From positions 1,536,001 to 1,600,000 of the forward strand of contig OZ220741.1 of the NCBI GenBank assembly GCA_965116885.1: DNA of 64,000 nt, read 5' to 3'. The position numbers were made by a program, and so were the translations under genes. Within the stretch, counting starts at the first letter, position 1, and every line of letters starts with the position of its first letter. The DNA is from Candidatus Latescibacterota bacterium (GTDB taxonomy: Bacteria; Latescibacterota; UBA2968). The notes under the pieces were generated by a model, which was not told the origin of the DNA, did no database searches, and worked only from the letters and a program-made list of their open reading frames with translations. Below are positions 19,328-29,604 of the stretch, piece by piece.

Positions 19328-20047
19328 ATGACTACGATCACAGACACCGCTCTCACTGTTCGAGGTCTGGATGTTTATTACGGTGAGAGTCTCATTTTGC
19401 GCGATATTGATATGGATATTCCCAGAGGGGCGATTGTGGCGGTTATGGGGCGCAATGGGGTTGGGAAGACGACGCTTATCAAGACGATCATGGGTTTGTT
19501 GCAACCTCGGGGAGGCGATATTCTGTTGAATGGGGTGAATATAACGGGGCAGACACCGGATTTTCGGGCGCGTGCGGGTTTGAGTTATGTGCCGCAAGGG
19601 CGCGAGATTTTTCCGAAATTGACAGTGAACGAGAATTTGCAGATTGGTTTGGAAGCGCGGACAGATGGTCTTACTACTCTGCCGGAGGATCTGATTTACG
19701 ATCTTTTTCCCGTGTTGGCCGATATGCAAGATCGAATGGGTGGAAATCTCAGTGGCGGACAGCAACAGCAACTCGCCATTGCCCGTGCGCTTGTTGGCGA
19801 TCCGGATATTCTCATTCTGGACGAACCTACAGAAGGTATTCAGCCTTCGATTATTCTCGATATAGAGAATGTGTTGATCCATCTGAAGGACAAAGGGAAT
19901 CTCACCATTATTCTGGTGGAGCAGTACTTTGATTTTGCCCGGCAGATTGCCGATTATTTTTATTTGATGGATCGCGGAACGATTGCGTTGTGCGGTTCTG
20001 CGGATGAATTGTCGGATGAGAGTATTAAGCAGTATCTTACGTTTTGA
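19328..20047 (+). CDS. urtE: Urea ABC transporter ATP-binding protein
   Basis: [38 protein letters not shown]. Confidence 0.93.
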   Translation: MTTITDTALTVRGLDVYYGESLILRDIDMDIPRGAIVAVMGRNGVGKTTLIKTIMGLLQPRGGDILLNGVNITGQTPDFRARAGLSYVPQGREIFPKLTVNENLQIGLEARTDGLTTLPEDLIYDLFPVLADMQDRMGGNLSGGQQQQLAIARALVGDPDILILDEPTEGIQPSIILDIENVLIHLKDKGNLTIILVEQYFDFARQIADYFYLMDRGTIALCGSADELSDESIKQYLTF

Positions 20048-20060
20048 TCAGGGATTTTTC

Positions 20061-20825
20061 ATGTATTTATCGCCCAAAGAAATTGACAAATTGATGCTTC
20101 ACAACGCGGGTTTTCTCGCGCAGAAGCGGTATGCTCGGGGCTTGCGTCTCAATTACCCGGAATCTATATCGCTTATCGCGGCACAGCTTCTCGAGTTTAT
20201 TCGCGATGGCGAGTCCGTTGCCACGCTTATGGATAAGGGCAAGCAGTTGCTGGGTACGGAAGATGTTTTGCCCGGTGTTCCGGATATGGTTCACGAGGTG
20301 CAGGTGGAGGGTACGTTTCCCGATGGGACGAAGCTCGTGACGGTTCATCATCCTATTTGCCGCGCAGAAGGCGATTCTGAACTCGCGTTGTACGGTTCGG
20401 GGCTTACGCGCGTTCGCTCGCCCTGGTCGCCGGATAATGCGGTTTCTGATACGCCGGGTGCCGGAGCTACGGCTGCTGATCCAATTGCGCTCAATGCGGA
20501 CCGGGAGACGATTTCTCTTTCTGTGACCAATACCGGAGATCGCCCGATACAGGTGGGTTCGCATTATACATTTTTTGAAGTTAATCCCGCGCTTTCGTTT
20601 GATCGCGAGAAAGCTTATGGCTTCCGTCTCGATATTCCATCTGGTACTGCCGTGCGTTTTGAACCGGGTGAGAGCAGGACGGTTGATCTCGTCGCTATTG
20701 CCGGGAACCGCACGGTCTATGGGGGGAATGGCCTTATTTCGGGGCAGATCGATGAGAATAAGGCAGAGGCTTTGCAACGGGCGGGAGATGGTGGATTTAA
20801 GGGGGTTCCAAATGTCTCAGATTGA
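20061..20825 (+). CDS. ureAB: Urease fused gamma/beta subunit
   Basis: Gamma ([27 protein letters not shown]) fused to beta ([28 protein letters not shown]). Confidence 0.93.
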   Translation: MYLSPKEIDKLMLHNAGFLAQKRYARGLRLNYPESISLIAAQLLEFIRDGESVATLMDKGKQLLGTEDVLPGVPDMVHEVQVEGTFPDGTKLVTVHHPICRAEGDSELALYGSGLTRVRSPWSPDNAVSDTPGAGATAADPIALNADRETISLSVTNTGDRPIQVGSHYTFFEVNPALSFDREKAYGFRLDIPSGTAVRFEPGESRTVDLVAIAGNRTVYGGNGLISGQIDENKAEALQRAGDGGFKGVPNVSD

Positions 20826-22515
20826 TCGAATTGCTTATGCCAGTATGTACGGTCCCACAACGGGAGACCGCGTTCAATTGGGCGATACCCATCTCGTCGT
20901 TGAGGTGGAAAATGATTACACGATTTACGGCGATGAATGCAAATTTGGCGGGGGTAAGGTGCTCCGCGACGGCATGGGTCAGGCTACGGGTGTGTCGCAG
21001 GATAGGGCGCTGGATCTCGTTATTACCAATACGCTTGTGGTTGATTCTACGGGGATATACAAAGCGGATGTTGGGATTAAAGACGGGCGTATCGCCGGTA
21101 TTGGCAAAGCGGGTAATCCCGATATTATGTCGGGTGTTGATCCCGATCTCATCGTGGGGGTTACGACCGAGGTTATTGCGGGTGAAGGTCATATGCTCAC
21201 GGCTGGTGCGCTCGATGTGCATGTCCATTTTATTTGTCCTCAGCAAGTTGAGGAGGCGATTGCTTCGGGTATTACGACTATGCTGGGTGGTGGTACGGGT
21301 CCGGCGACGGGGACCAATGCTACGACCTGCACGCCGGGGGCGCACCACATTCGCATGATGCTGGAGTCGAGTGATGCTTTTCCCCTCAATTTTGGATTTT
21401 TGGGCAAGGGCAATTCCTCGCTTCCGCAAGGGCTTGTTGAGCAGATTGAGGGTGGGGCTTGTGGTCTCAAGCTCCACGAGGACTGGGGTACGACGCCTGC
21501 GGCTATTGATGCCTGTCTTTCGGTTGCCGATGAATACGATGTTCAGGTGGCGATTCATACGGATACGCTCAATGAGTCGGGTTTTGTGGAGCAGAGTTGT
21601 GCAGCTTTTAAGGGGCGCACGATTCATACGTATCACACCGAGGGCGCGGGTGGGGGACACGCGCCGGATATTATGCGTCTTTGCGGCGAGGCGAATGTTT
21701 TGCCTTCATCTACGAATCCCACGCGGCCTTTTACGGCGAATACGATTGACGAGCATCTGGATATGCTTATGGTGTGTCATCATCTGGATAAAAATATACC
21801 CGAGGATGTGGCTTTTGCCGAGAGTCGCATTCGGCAGGAGACGATTGCGGCAGAAGATATTTTGCACGATATGGGGGCGCTGTCGATTATTGCATCGGAT
21901 AGTCAGGCGATGGGGCGCGTGGGGGAGGTTGTTTGTCGTACATGGCAGACTGCCCATAAGATGCGCGAGCAGCGGGGTGCACTGCGCGGCGATCGGGGGC
22001 ATGATAATGGGCGCGTGAAGCGGTATATTGCCAAATATACGATTAATCCCGCGACGGCTCATGGTTTGAGCGATTATATCGGTTCGGTTGAGGCGGGCAA
22101 GCTCGCGGATCTGGTGCTCTGGAAGCCATCTTTTTTTGGGGCAAAACCCGAGATGGTGATTAAGGGGGGTATAATCGCGTATTCGCAGATGGGCGATCCA
22201 AATGCTTCGATTCCCACGCCGCAACCCGTGTATCCGCGTCCTATGTTCGGCGCTTATGGCAATGCCGTGGGTTCTACGTCGCTGGCTTTTGTCTCCCGTG
22301 CTTCGCTGGATACTGTTGCGTCTTATGATCTGTCCAAAGGCGTTGTTGCGGTGTCCAATTGTCGGGATATTGGGAAGAAGGATATGAAGCTCAACGACTT
22401 TATTCCCGATATTCATATTGATCCGGAGACTTATAGCGTTACGGTCGATGGCGAGTTGCTCACCTGTGAGGCGGCAGAGAAACTGCCGCTGGCGCAGCTT
22501 TATAATTTGTTTTGA
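20812..22515 (+). CDS. ureC: Urease alpha subunit
   Basis: [58 protein letters not shown]. Confidence 0.97.
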   Translation: MSQIDRIAYASMYGPTTGDRVQLGDTHLVVEVENDYTIYGDECKFGGGKVLRDGMGQATGVSQDRALDLVITNTLVVDSTGIYKADVGIKDGRIAGIGKAGNPDIMSGVDPDLIVGVTTEVIAGEGHMLTAGALDVHVHFICPQQVEEAIASGITTMLGGGTGPATGTNATTCTPGAHHIRMMLESSDAFPLNFGFLGKGNSSLPQGLVEQIEGGACGLKLHEDWGTTPAAIDACLSVADEYDVQVAIHTDTLNESGFVEQSCAAFKGRTIHTYHTEGAGGGHAPDIMRLCGEANVLPSSTNPTRPFTANTIDEHLDMLMVCHHLDKNIPEDVAFAESRIRQETIAAEDILHDMGALSIIASDSQAMGRVGEVVCRTWQTAHKMREQRGALRGDRGHDNGRVKRYIAKYTINPATAHGLSDYIGSVEAGKLADLVLWKPSFFGAKPEMVIKGGIIAYSQMGDPNASIPTPQPVYPRPMFGAYGNAVGSTSLAFVSRASLDTVASYDLSKGVVAVSNCRDIGKKDMKLNDFIPDIHIDPETYSVTVDGELLTCEAAEKLPLAQLYNLF

Positions 22516-22517
22516 TT

Positions 22518-23186
22518 ATGCTACTCGATCTTCTCACACTTGCCGATAGCAATTTCCCTACGGGTGGATACGCATTTTCCAATGGGCTGGAGGCCACCAA
22601 ACAAATGGGGTTGTTGCGTTCTTCCAATGATCTGGATGCGTATCTTCAAACGGTGATTCACGCGACGGCAAGGGGTGAGATTCCGTTTATTAATACGTGT
22701 TTTAAAGGTGATCCGGTTCCCGCTAATTTGACGGATATGCTGCTCACTTACGACGCGATGCTGACGGCACCGGCGATTGTCCGCGGCAGTGAGGTGCAGG
22801 GTTGCAATTTGTTGCGGCTGATGCGCGATTTGTATTTTTCCGATGCGATGACGCGGTTGTACAAAATCTTACTTTCGCAACCTGTGCCGGCTCATTATAC
22901 GATTGTTTTTGGTACGACGTTTCGGATTGCGGGTCTTAAACGCGGGCATACGTGTCGGATTTTTATGTATCAGTTTTTGCGCGATCAGATCAGTGCGGCT
23001 GTTCGCCTGGGGCAGATTGGTCCTCTCGAAGCCGCGCGGTTGCAAAAACGCCATCACAAGACGGCGATTAGAGCTATGACTTCTGTCGCGCAGGCAGATT
23101 ATACCTGTGCGACGCGCTGTGCGCCCCAATGGGATATTGCACAGGGTATGCACGAGTATCTGTATTCGCGGTTGTTTCAGAGTTAG
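22518..23186 (+). CDS. ureF: Urease accessory protein UreF
   Basis: [36 protein letters not shown]-terminus. Confidence 0.9.
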   Translation: MLLDLLTLADSNFPTGGYAFSNGLEATKQMGLLRSSNDLDAYLQTVIHATARGEIPFINTCFKGDPVPANLTDMLLTYDAMLTAPAIVRGSEVQGCNLLRLMRDLYFSDAMTRLYKILLSQPVPAHYTIVFGTTFRIAGLKRGHTCRIFMYQFLRDQISAAVRLGQIGPLEAARLQKRHHKTAIRAMTSVAQADYTCATRCAPQWDIAQGMHEYLYSRLFQS

Positions 23187-23196
23187 AGGATTTGCT

Positions 23197-23907
23197 ATGC
23201 ACGATCATAATCACGACCACGATCATTCTCACGAGCCTTTTGAATCTCCGGGGGACTTTGCTTTGCGCGAGTCGGTCCTTTGTGATCGCGATTTTTCACA
23301 GCGGGCGTTTACCGTGGGGGTTGGCGGTCCGGTGGGTACGGGGAAGACGGCGCTTGTTCGCGTGTTGTGCGAAGCCCTGCGCGATCGGTTTAGTCTCGGT
23401 GTGGTTACGAATGATATTTTTACGCGCGAGGATGCCGAATTTCTTTTGCGTCACAAGGCGCTTGAGGCCGATCGCATTATTGGGGTTGAGACGGGCGGAT
23501 GCCCGCATGCAGCTATTCGCGAGGATATTTCGCTCAATTTGAATGCGCTCGAGGATTTGATGATCCGCTTTGCGTGCGATATCGATTTGCTTTTTGTGGA
23601 GAGTGGCGGCGATAATCTGGCGGCGCATTTTAGCAAGGAGCTTGTCGATTACGCTATTTATGTGATTGATGTCTCTGCTGGGGACAAGATTCCCCGAAAA
23701 GGGGGTCCGGGGATTACGCAATCGGATTTGCTGGTTATTAATAAGACTGATCTGGCCGGTCTGGTTGGCGCAGATCTGGGGGTTATGGGGCGAGATGCAA
23801 AGAAGATGCGCGGCGATGGTCCCACGCTTTTTTCCTGTCTCAAACACGGGTCGGGGCTTGACGAGATTATTGAGTATGTTCTCCGAGCGCGCAGGTCTAT
23901 TTTGTGA
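23197..23907 (+). CDS. ureG: Urease accessory GTPase UreG with His-rich N-terminus
   Basis: [42 protein letters not shown]. Confidence 0.95.
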   Translation: MHDHNHDHDHSHEPFESPGDFALRESVLCDRDFSQRAFTVGVGGPVGTGKTALVRVLCEALRDRFSLGVVTNDIFTREDAEFLLRHKALEADRIIGVETGGCPHAAIREDISLNLNALEDLMIRFACDIDLLFVESGGDNLAAHFSKELVDYAIYVIDVSAGDKIPRKGGPGITQSDLLVINKTDLAGLVGADLGVMGRDAKKMRGDGPTLFSCLKHGSGLDEIIEYVLRARRSIL

Positions 23908-23939
23908 ATTAAAAATTAAAAATTGAGAATTAACAATTG
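23906..23939 (+). repeat. Tandem heptamer repeat (RAATTAA x4-5)
   Basis: GAATTAA AAATTAA AAATTGA GAATTAA CAATTG fills the ureG-ureD spacer. Confidence 0.75.
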
Positions 23940-24761
23940 CTTCCTTCCCAAATTGAAGTGACCCGCAATGGCTCCCGTTCTGTTCTGACTGCCTGTCGCT
24001 CAGTCGCGCCTTTGAAGTTGCTCAATCCCGCCGCACAGGGCGATTATTGCGCTGTTGTGCTTTCCAGTTATGGAGGCGGTATGGTGGAGGGGGATGCGAC
24101 GACGCTGTGTGTGCGTTGTGGTGAGGGGGCAGCTCTTTATCTGGGGACTCAGGCGTTTACCAAAGTTTATAAGAGTCCCCGTGGTATTCCGTGTAAACAA
24201 ATAATTAACGGTGAGGTGGAAGCCGGGGGCCTTGCCGTTGTTTTGCCCGATCCCATTGTTCCATACTCGCGAAGTGTTTTTGAGCAGGCGCAGACGTGGC
24301 ATCTGGGGACTGACGCATGTCTGGTGCTCGCCGATGGTCATACGGCTGGACGCATGGCTTTTGGGGAGTGTTTTGGGTACACGAGTTACAGGTCTGATAT
24401 TACTGTGCATACGGCTGAACGCCCGATTCTGATGGAGCGCTATTATTCCGAGCCGGGGGTGTTGTCGCCGGTACATACGGGTGCTTTTGGGGCTTATGGT
24501 GTTGTTTTTAATATTTTTGTTGCGGGTAATTCCGCGCGTTTTAGCTGTTTGGTTGAAAGTCTTTCCCAATCGCTCACTCCTTTGTTGAAACCCTCGCAGG
24601 ATTCTTTGTTGCTTTCCTTTGCTTCCCCCAGGCCCGATCTTTTTGTGATACGATCCCTCGCGCAAAATGTCGAGTGTCTTCATCCTCTCTATAAAGCTCT
24701 CCGCAATGCAATCGCCCATCCCAATGTCCTCGGTGCAGATCCGCTGGCGCGAAAGTATTGA
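23937..24761 (+). CDS. ureD: Urease accessory protein UreD
   Basis: PLKLL, YGGGMVEGD, TQAFTKVYK, LPDPIVPY, GR.A.GE.F, RKY C-terminus; operon position. Confidence 0.88.
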   Translation: MLPSQIEVTRNGSRSVLTACRSVAPLKLLNPAAQGDYCAVVLSSYGGGMVEGDATTLCVRCGEGAALYLGTQAFTKVYKSPRGIPCKQIINGEVEAGGLAVVLPDPIVPYSRSVFEQAQTWHLGTDACLVLADGHTAGRMAFGECFGYTSYRSDITVHTAERPILMERYYSEPGVLSPVHTGAFGAYGVVFNIFVAGNSARFSCLVESLSQSLTPLLKPSQDSLLLSFASPRPDLFVIRSLAQNVECLHPLYKALRNAIAHPNVLGADPLARKY

Positions 24762-24934
24762 AGCGGTCTGTTCATCCGGCCTCCAGCTCTCAATCTCCAG
24801 TAATACTTGATATTGCCGAAAAAATGAGTTAGTTTGAGGTTGAGACGCCAGGAAGCTGTTTATGCGTCATGTGGATGACCTTTTGGCGGAGTTGTACACC
24901 CCTTACCTGGCATTGACCAGAGGAGAACTTAGAA

Positions 24935-26026
24935 ATGAAGATTACGAGCGTTGATTTGACCCCTGTTGCATCGAGGCGTGAGACTGGGCATTTGTCTCGT
25001 CACGTCATTATTCGCATGCACACAGATGAGGGATTGATCGGTCTGGGGGAGATGTCCGATGTGGGTGACTGGGGTGTTATGTACAATCTCGATGATGTCA
25101 AGGGTGCGTACGAGTCGTTGCTCGTGGGGAAGGATCCGCTGGCGTGGCGTACGATTACCATTGCAGCGAGGTCCCGGTTGCGAATGGGTGGGGCGATTCG
25201 AGCGGGGTTTGAGATCGGTCTTTTCGATTTGGTCGGCAAGATCCAGGGGCAGTCGGTTGCGGGTGTGTTTGGCGGGGCGCTGAGGGATAAGTGGCGCGTG
25301 TGTTATCCGATTTTCAGGAATTATCATAGGGAAGATGCCGAGGCGAATATCGCGCGTGTCAATCGCCGGATGAAAGAGGGACAGGATCTGTTTCGATTGT
25401 ATCACGGCGGAAATGTGGAGGCAGATGAGATTTTTTTGGATGGGGTGAAGTCGTCCTGGGGCGATCAGTTCGTGTTGAAGTCGCTCGATTTTAGCGGCGC
25501 GCACAAGTGGAAACGGGTGGTGCAGGCGCTGGATGTTTTGCTGAGATACTACAGGCCTTTTCATCTGGAATCCGTTTCTGACCGGCGAGATCTGGAGGGT
25601 CAATACGAGGTGCGAAAACGCATTGATCTGCCGATTAGTGAGCACGTCAGTTCACTGGATCAGGCCTATCAGTTTGCCCGGCACCGGTATGTCGATATTT
25701 TTAATATCAGTTTGTCGGGTGCGGGGGGGTTCACAAATGCGCTGCATATCGCGCAGGTTGCCGATGCGGCTGGTCTGTCGTGTCTGGTGGGTACGACGCA
25801 GGAGTTGTCCATTGGCGTGGCGGCTCAGGCGACGTTTGGTTCTGTGGTGGAGAATCTCGATTATCCGGGCGATCCAACAGGTGGGTTGCTGTACGAGAGC
25901 GATGTGGTGAAAGAGCGCATACAATACGAGAAGGGTTACGTGATTTTGCCAGAAGGTCCGGGGTTGGGTATGGAATTGGATGAGGAGAAGATCGCCGCGA
26001 TTTCAGAGCCTTTGAGTTCTGTGTAG
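24935..26026 (+). CDS. Mandelate racemase/muconate lactonizing enzyme family protein
   Basis: TDEGLIGLGE, GLFDLVGK, GGFT, PEGPGLGMELD. Confidence 0.85.
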   Translation: MKITSVDLTPVASRRETGHLSRHVIIRMHTDEGLIGLGEMSDVGDWGVMYNLDDVKGAYESLLVGKDPLAWRTITIAARSRLRMGGAIRAGFEIGLFDLVGKIQGQSVAGVFGGALRDKWRVCYPIFRNYHREDAEANIARVNRRMKEGQDLFRLYHGGNVEADEIFLDGVKSSWGDQFVLKSLDFSGAHKWKRVVQALDVLLRYYRPFHLESVSDRRDLEGQYEVRKRIDLPISEHVSSLDQAYQFARHRYVDIFNISLSGAGGFTNALHIAQVADAAGLSCLVGTTQELSIGVAAQATFGSVVENLDYPGDPTGGLLYESDVVKERIQYEKGYVILPEGPGLGMELDEEKIAAISEPLSSV

Positions 26027-26044
26027 CTGTGAGAGGAGAACACG

Positions 26045-26878
26045 ATGTCTCAAACAGCGGTCTGGTCCCCTGTTGAGGGCACAGTTGATGAGATTCTCGC
26101 GCAGGTTCCGCGGCCGTTCGATGCGATGATGGCGAGCGAGATTCCCGCTGTTATTGTGCGTCGCGCGTTTCCGTCGGATCACTGTGCGGCTCTTATTGAG
26201 CGGTTTTACGAGCGCGGTTTGCTCTACGATCCGCGCAAGGTGGGTGATGGCAGTCCCCGCCGGGTCGATATTGGTACGAGTCTGGGTCACCACGGGAATG
26301 ATCCCGATGCCTTTTACGAACATTCTCGCCAAACGCACGATCTTTTTTCATATTTGTTTGACGGGTACGATGATCCCGTGAAGACGCTGTACCATGCGCT
26401 TGATAGGATGCTTCCGGATAAGCGGGTTATGACGGCTCGGAGCGTTGATGGTCGTCTTTACGGTCCGGCTATTTTTAGGACTTATCACGAGGGCGTGGGG
26501 CATTACCCGCATTACGATTCCGTGTCCAAGCGGTCCAAACGCTACAATTTTACGGTTTCCCGGTTCAGACATCAGTTTGCGGGTGTGCTGTGTTTTCAGA
26601 ATAGTGAGGATCGAGGTGATAGCGGCGAGGGGGTCCTGTACAGGGCACCTATGTCGCCGGCGTTTCAACGTCCTCTCGAGGAGAGGCGATTTCGCGAGTA
26701 CGCGGAGGAGGAGGGGATTGCGCGCGTGCAGGTCAGTCTGGAACCGGGGGATCTCTACTTTTTTTATTCGGAGACGATTCACGAAGTTCCTTTTGTCGCA
26801 GGCTCTCAGCCCCGCGTTGTGCTGGCGTCGTTTATCGGTATGTCTGAAGACGATCCAGAGGTTTATTTGTGGTCATGA
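26045..26878 (+). CDS. 2OG-Fe(II) oxygenase superfamily protein
   Basis: HYD triad start, PGDLYFF, distal HEV and the following R. Confidence 0.7.
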   Translation: MSQTAVWSPVEGTVDEILAQVPRPFDAMMASEIPAVIVRRAFPSDHCAALIERFYERGLLYDPRKVGDGSPRRVDIGTSLGHHGNDPDAFYEHSRQTHDLFSYLFDGYDDPVKTLYHALDRMLPDKRVMTARSVDGRLYGPAIFRTYHEGVGHYPHYDSVSKRSKRYNFTVSRFRHQFAGVLCFQNSEDRGDSGEGVLYRAPMSPAFQRPLEERRFREYAEEEGIARVQVSLEPGDLYFFYSETIHEVPFVAGSQPRVVLASFIGMSEDDPEVYLWS

Positions 26879-26879
26879 A

Positions 26880-26919
26880 GACCTACCCCCTAACCCCCTT
26901 CCTACAAGGAAGGGGGAAC
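26880..26919 (+). repeat. C-tail plus hairpin repeat (left flank of DUF559 gene)
   Basis: GACCTACCCCCTAA + CCCCCTTCCT-ACA-AGGAAGGGGG; 39/40 identical to the reverse complement of 63731-63770. Confidence 0.9.
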
Positions 26920-26975
26920 TGTGATCGGTTGATCAACTGTTAGTATTGAAAGATTAGCTGAATACATTTCGTTTT

Positions 26976-27353
26976 ATGAAAAAATCCAAACGAAATATTG
27001 TGATTGGTCAACGCGTTACGCCTGAGAAAGTAAACCTGTCGCGAAGTTTGCGAACTCAGATGACAGCAGAAGAGAAACGGCTCTGGCAACGGTTACGTGC
27101 GAATCGGCTTGATGGCTTTCACTTTCGACGGCAGCAAATTATTGATGGTTTTATTGTCGATTTCTACTGTCATAAAGCTGGCTTGGTAATAGAAGTTGAT
27201 GGCGAAGTTCATAAAGATCAGATCGCTTATGATGCACAACGAGATGAGATTCTCAAAGCGCGCGGATTACAAATTTTACGTATTCCAAATGCTGAAGTCC
27301 GCAACAATTTAGATGGCGTTCTCGAATCCATCAGAGCTTATATTAACACTTAA
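26976..27353 (+). CDS. DUF559 family (Vsr-like PD-(D/E)XK) endonuclease
   Basis: LRTQMTAEEKRLWQRLR, FRRQQII, IVDFYC, IEVDGEVH, RD..L...G..ILRI.N. Confidence 0.92.
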   Translation: MKKSKRNIVIGQRVTPEKVNLSRSLRTQMTAEEKRLWQRLRANRLDGFHFRRQQIIDGFIVDFYCHKAGLVIEVDGEVHKDQIAYDAQRDEILKARGLQILRIPNAEVRNNLDGVLESIRAYINT

Positions 27354-27380
27354 TTTCACCTCCTTCATTTCTCGATTTCT

Positions 27381-27422
27381 CTCCCCCTCTCCTCTCAGGA
27401 GAGGGGGCCGGGGGGAGAGGTC
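27381..27422 (-). repeat. C-tail plus hairpin repeat (right flank of DUF559 gene, inverted)
   Basis: Reverse complement GACCTCTCCCCCCGG + CCCCCTCTCCT-GAG-AGGAGAGGGGG; same architecture as the left flank. Confidence 0.85.
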
Positions 27423-27446
27423 CACTTTCACTTTTGGATTTTTCCT

Positions 27447-28448
27447 ATGAACCAACCTCCTGAATCATTCGTTCACGTCTATGAAGATCGCCTTCTGGAT
27501 TTTGCTGCGGCTTGTTTTGAAAAGGCGGGGCTTGAGGCCGATCACGCGAGGGTTATCAGCCGCTTGCTGGTCAATAGCGATCTGCGAGGTGTTCGCAGCC
27601 ACGGTACGCGGACTGTGAATGGCTATTGTAAGAGTTTTGAAAATGGGAGTCTCAATCCGCGTCCCAATGTGCGGGTGATCGGTGAGACGCCGACGTGTGC
27701 TGTTATTGATGGGGATGGTACGGTGGGGTATTTGCCGATGGTGCGCGCAGCAGAGCATGCGATTCGCAAAGCTCAAGAGCTGGGTATGGGTATGGGGCTG
27801 GCGCGACATGTGGGGCATATTGGTTCGGCGGGTCATTATGCGCGGATGTGTTCCGAGGCGGGGTGTATTGGTTTTTGCGTGCAGGGCAGGCAGCTGGGCA
27901 ATGCAAAGCGGGATGGGAGAGGACCGCTTCTCGGCTATTTTGGCAATCCTCCAATATGTTTTGCAATTCCCTCTGGGGACGAGCCTCCAATTGTTCTGGA
28001 TGCGGCGACCTGTATTTTGGCGGATTATCAGCGGGGTCCGGAGTTTGAGGCTTTGTTCGAGATGATTCCGGCGGCGTTTTTTAAGAGTATTGGGTACACG
28101 GCGGTGGCTTCGATTATGGGGGGTGGGCTGGCAGGTGCCAGTCTTCCGTCTTCTCATGAGATGAAGGAGAAATGGCCCTCGTCAGGCGCGGGTGGTTGTG
28201 TTCTTGCGATCCGCGTTGATCAGGCGGTTTCCGAGGAGGTTTTCAGGGCTGAGTCAGATCACATGGTGAGAACGGTGCGCGAGACGTACGAGCCGATGCC
28301 GGGACATGATCGCGCGCTGCTGCCGGGTGCGATTGAAGAAGAGCGCATGGCGTTTCACCGCGCCGAGGGTATTCGCTATGGCGAGATGGAGCAGGAAAAC
28401 GCACGCGAGGTTAGTGCGCGTCTGGGGGTGCCGCTTCCCTGGGGTTGA
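27447..28448 (+). CDS. Ldh_2 (malate/L-lactate/ureidoglycolate dehydrogenase-like) oxidoreductase
   Basis: DLRGVRSHG, HIGSAGHY, GNPPICFAIP, LDAAT. Confidence 0.85.
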   Translation: MNQPPESFVHVYEDRLLDFAAACFEKAGLEADHARVISRLLVNSDLRGVRSHGTRTVNGYCKSFENGSLNPRPNVRVIGETPTCAVIDGDGTVGYLPMVRAAEHAIRKAQELGMGMGLARHVGHIGSAGHYARMCSEAGCIGFCVQGRQLGNAKRDGRGPLLGYFGNPPICFAIPSGDEPPIVLDAATCILADYQRGPEFEALFEMIPAAFFKSIGYTAVASIMGGGLAGASLPSSHEMKEKWPSSGAGGCVLAIRVDQAVSEEVFRAESDHMVRTVRETYEPMPGHDRALLPGAIEEERMAFHRAEGIRYGEMEQENAREVSARLGVPLPWG

Positions 28449-28469
28449 TGGGACAAAGGTCTAATAACT

Positions 28470-28503
28470 AAAGCCCTATAGCTTATTGCTCTGGGGCTTT
28501 TTT
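28470..28503 (+). terminator. Rho-independent terminator
   Basis: AAAGCCCTATAGC...GCTCTGGGGCTTTTTT after the Ldh_2 gene. Confidence 0.7.
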
Positions 28504-28539
28504 AATCGGGCTTTCAAATGGAAAGCCAAATCATACACA

Positions 28540-28568
28540 TTGACATTGAGAGAATCGGAACTTATTTT
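28540..28568 (+). promoter_or_regulatory. Putative sigma70 promoter
   Basis: TTGACA-17 nt-TATTTT upstream of the uxuA-like gene. Confidence 0.5.
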
Positions 28569-28617
28569 GGCATTTAACGCACTATCGCAGTTCTAACTTC
28601 ACAAATTGGAGGCTACC

Positions 28618-29601
28618 ATGTATATCGGAACACAGGTGGGGTGTCGGAACGACACGGATATTGAGGTTCTCGCGCAACTCGGGGTTTTTAATGTCGATCA
28701 AACACCGGAGGGACCCTGGGCGGAGTGGAGTGCCGATGCGATTAAGTCCATGCGCGACCGGTTTGATAAATACGGTATTAATTTGGAGATGATTCACATT
28801 CCGCTGGGTTCAAGCAGTGCTTTTAAGAATGAGGCTGGGGCGATTTTCCTGGGGCCAAGCGACGAGCGCGACCGGGCTATTGAGCGGATGTGCGAGACGG
28901 TTAGAATGGCGGCGGAAGCGGGGTTGCGAGGGCTCAATTACAATATCACGATTTTGGGGCATATGCGGACAGAGCCGCGATACGGACGCGGGGGCGCGAG
29001 GCTGTCGTCGTTTGAGTACGATAAATTGGACCAGTCTTTGGGCGAGTTTGAAGGCGGCGCTGCGGATGAAGACGAGATGTGGGCGCGCATCGATCACTGG
29101 TTGCAGAATATTATGCCCGTGGCGGAGGAGTACAAGATCCAGATGGCGTGTCATCCCTCGGATCCGGGTATCGGATATGGGACCACGTATCGGGGGGTCG
29201 CGCGCGTGCTCGGTATGGTGGATGGGTTTAAGAAGTTTATCGATTTGTACGATAGTCCGTATAATGGATTGAATTTCTGCCTGGGCTGTATGTCCGAGAG
29301 CCTGGAAGATCCCAGTGCAGACGCGTATGATGTGATCCGTTATTTTGGAGAGCGCAAGAAGATCTTCAATGTGCATTTCCGCAATATCAAGGGTGGGCTT
29401 CGCAATTTTGTCGAGGTGTTTCCCGATGAGGGCGATGTGGATATGCTGAAGGCTTTGCGGACGTTCAAAGAAGTCGGCTACGAGTATATGATTATGCCCG
29501 ACCACGTTCCGGGTATTTCCGGTCCGGAAGCCAGGCAGGTCGGTTTTGCGTACACGTACGGGTACATCCACGCGCTGCTGCAAGCGGTTAATGAAGAGTA
29601 A
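28618..29601 (+). CDS. Mannonate dehydratase (UxuA)-like protein
   Basis: PVAEE, MACHPSDP, SPYNGLNFCLG, VHFRN, PDEGDVDM, MPDHVP; GGAGG SD. Confidence 0.8.
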   Translation: MYIGTQVGCRNDTDIEVLAQLGVFNVDQTPEGPWAEWSADAIKSMRDRFDKYGINLEMIHIPLGSSSAFKNEAGAIFLGPSDERDRAIERMCETVRMAAEAGLRGLNYNITILGHMRTEPRYGRGGARLSSFEYDKLDQSLGEFEGGAADEDEMWARIDHWLQNIMPVAEEYKIQMACHPSDPGIGYGTTYRGVARVLGMVDGFKKFIDLYDSPYNGLNFCLGCMSESLEDPSADAYDVIRYFGERKKIFNVHFRNIKGGLRNFVEVFPDEGDVDMLKALRTFKEVGYEYMIMPDHVPGISGPEARQVGFAYTYGYIHALLQAVNEE

Positions 29602-29604
29602 TCT

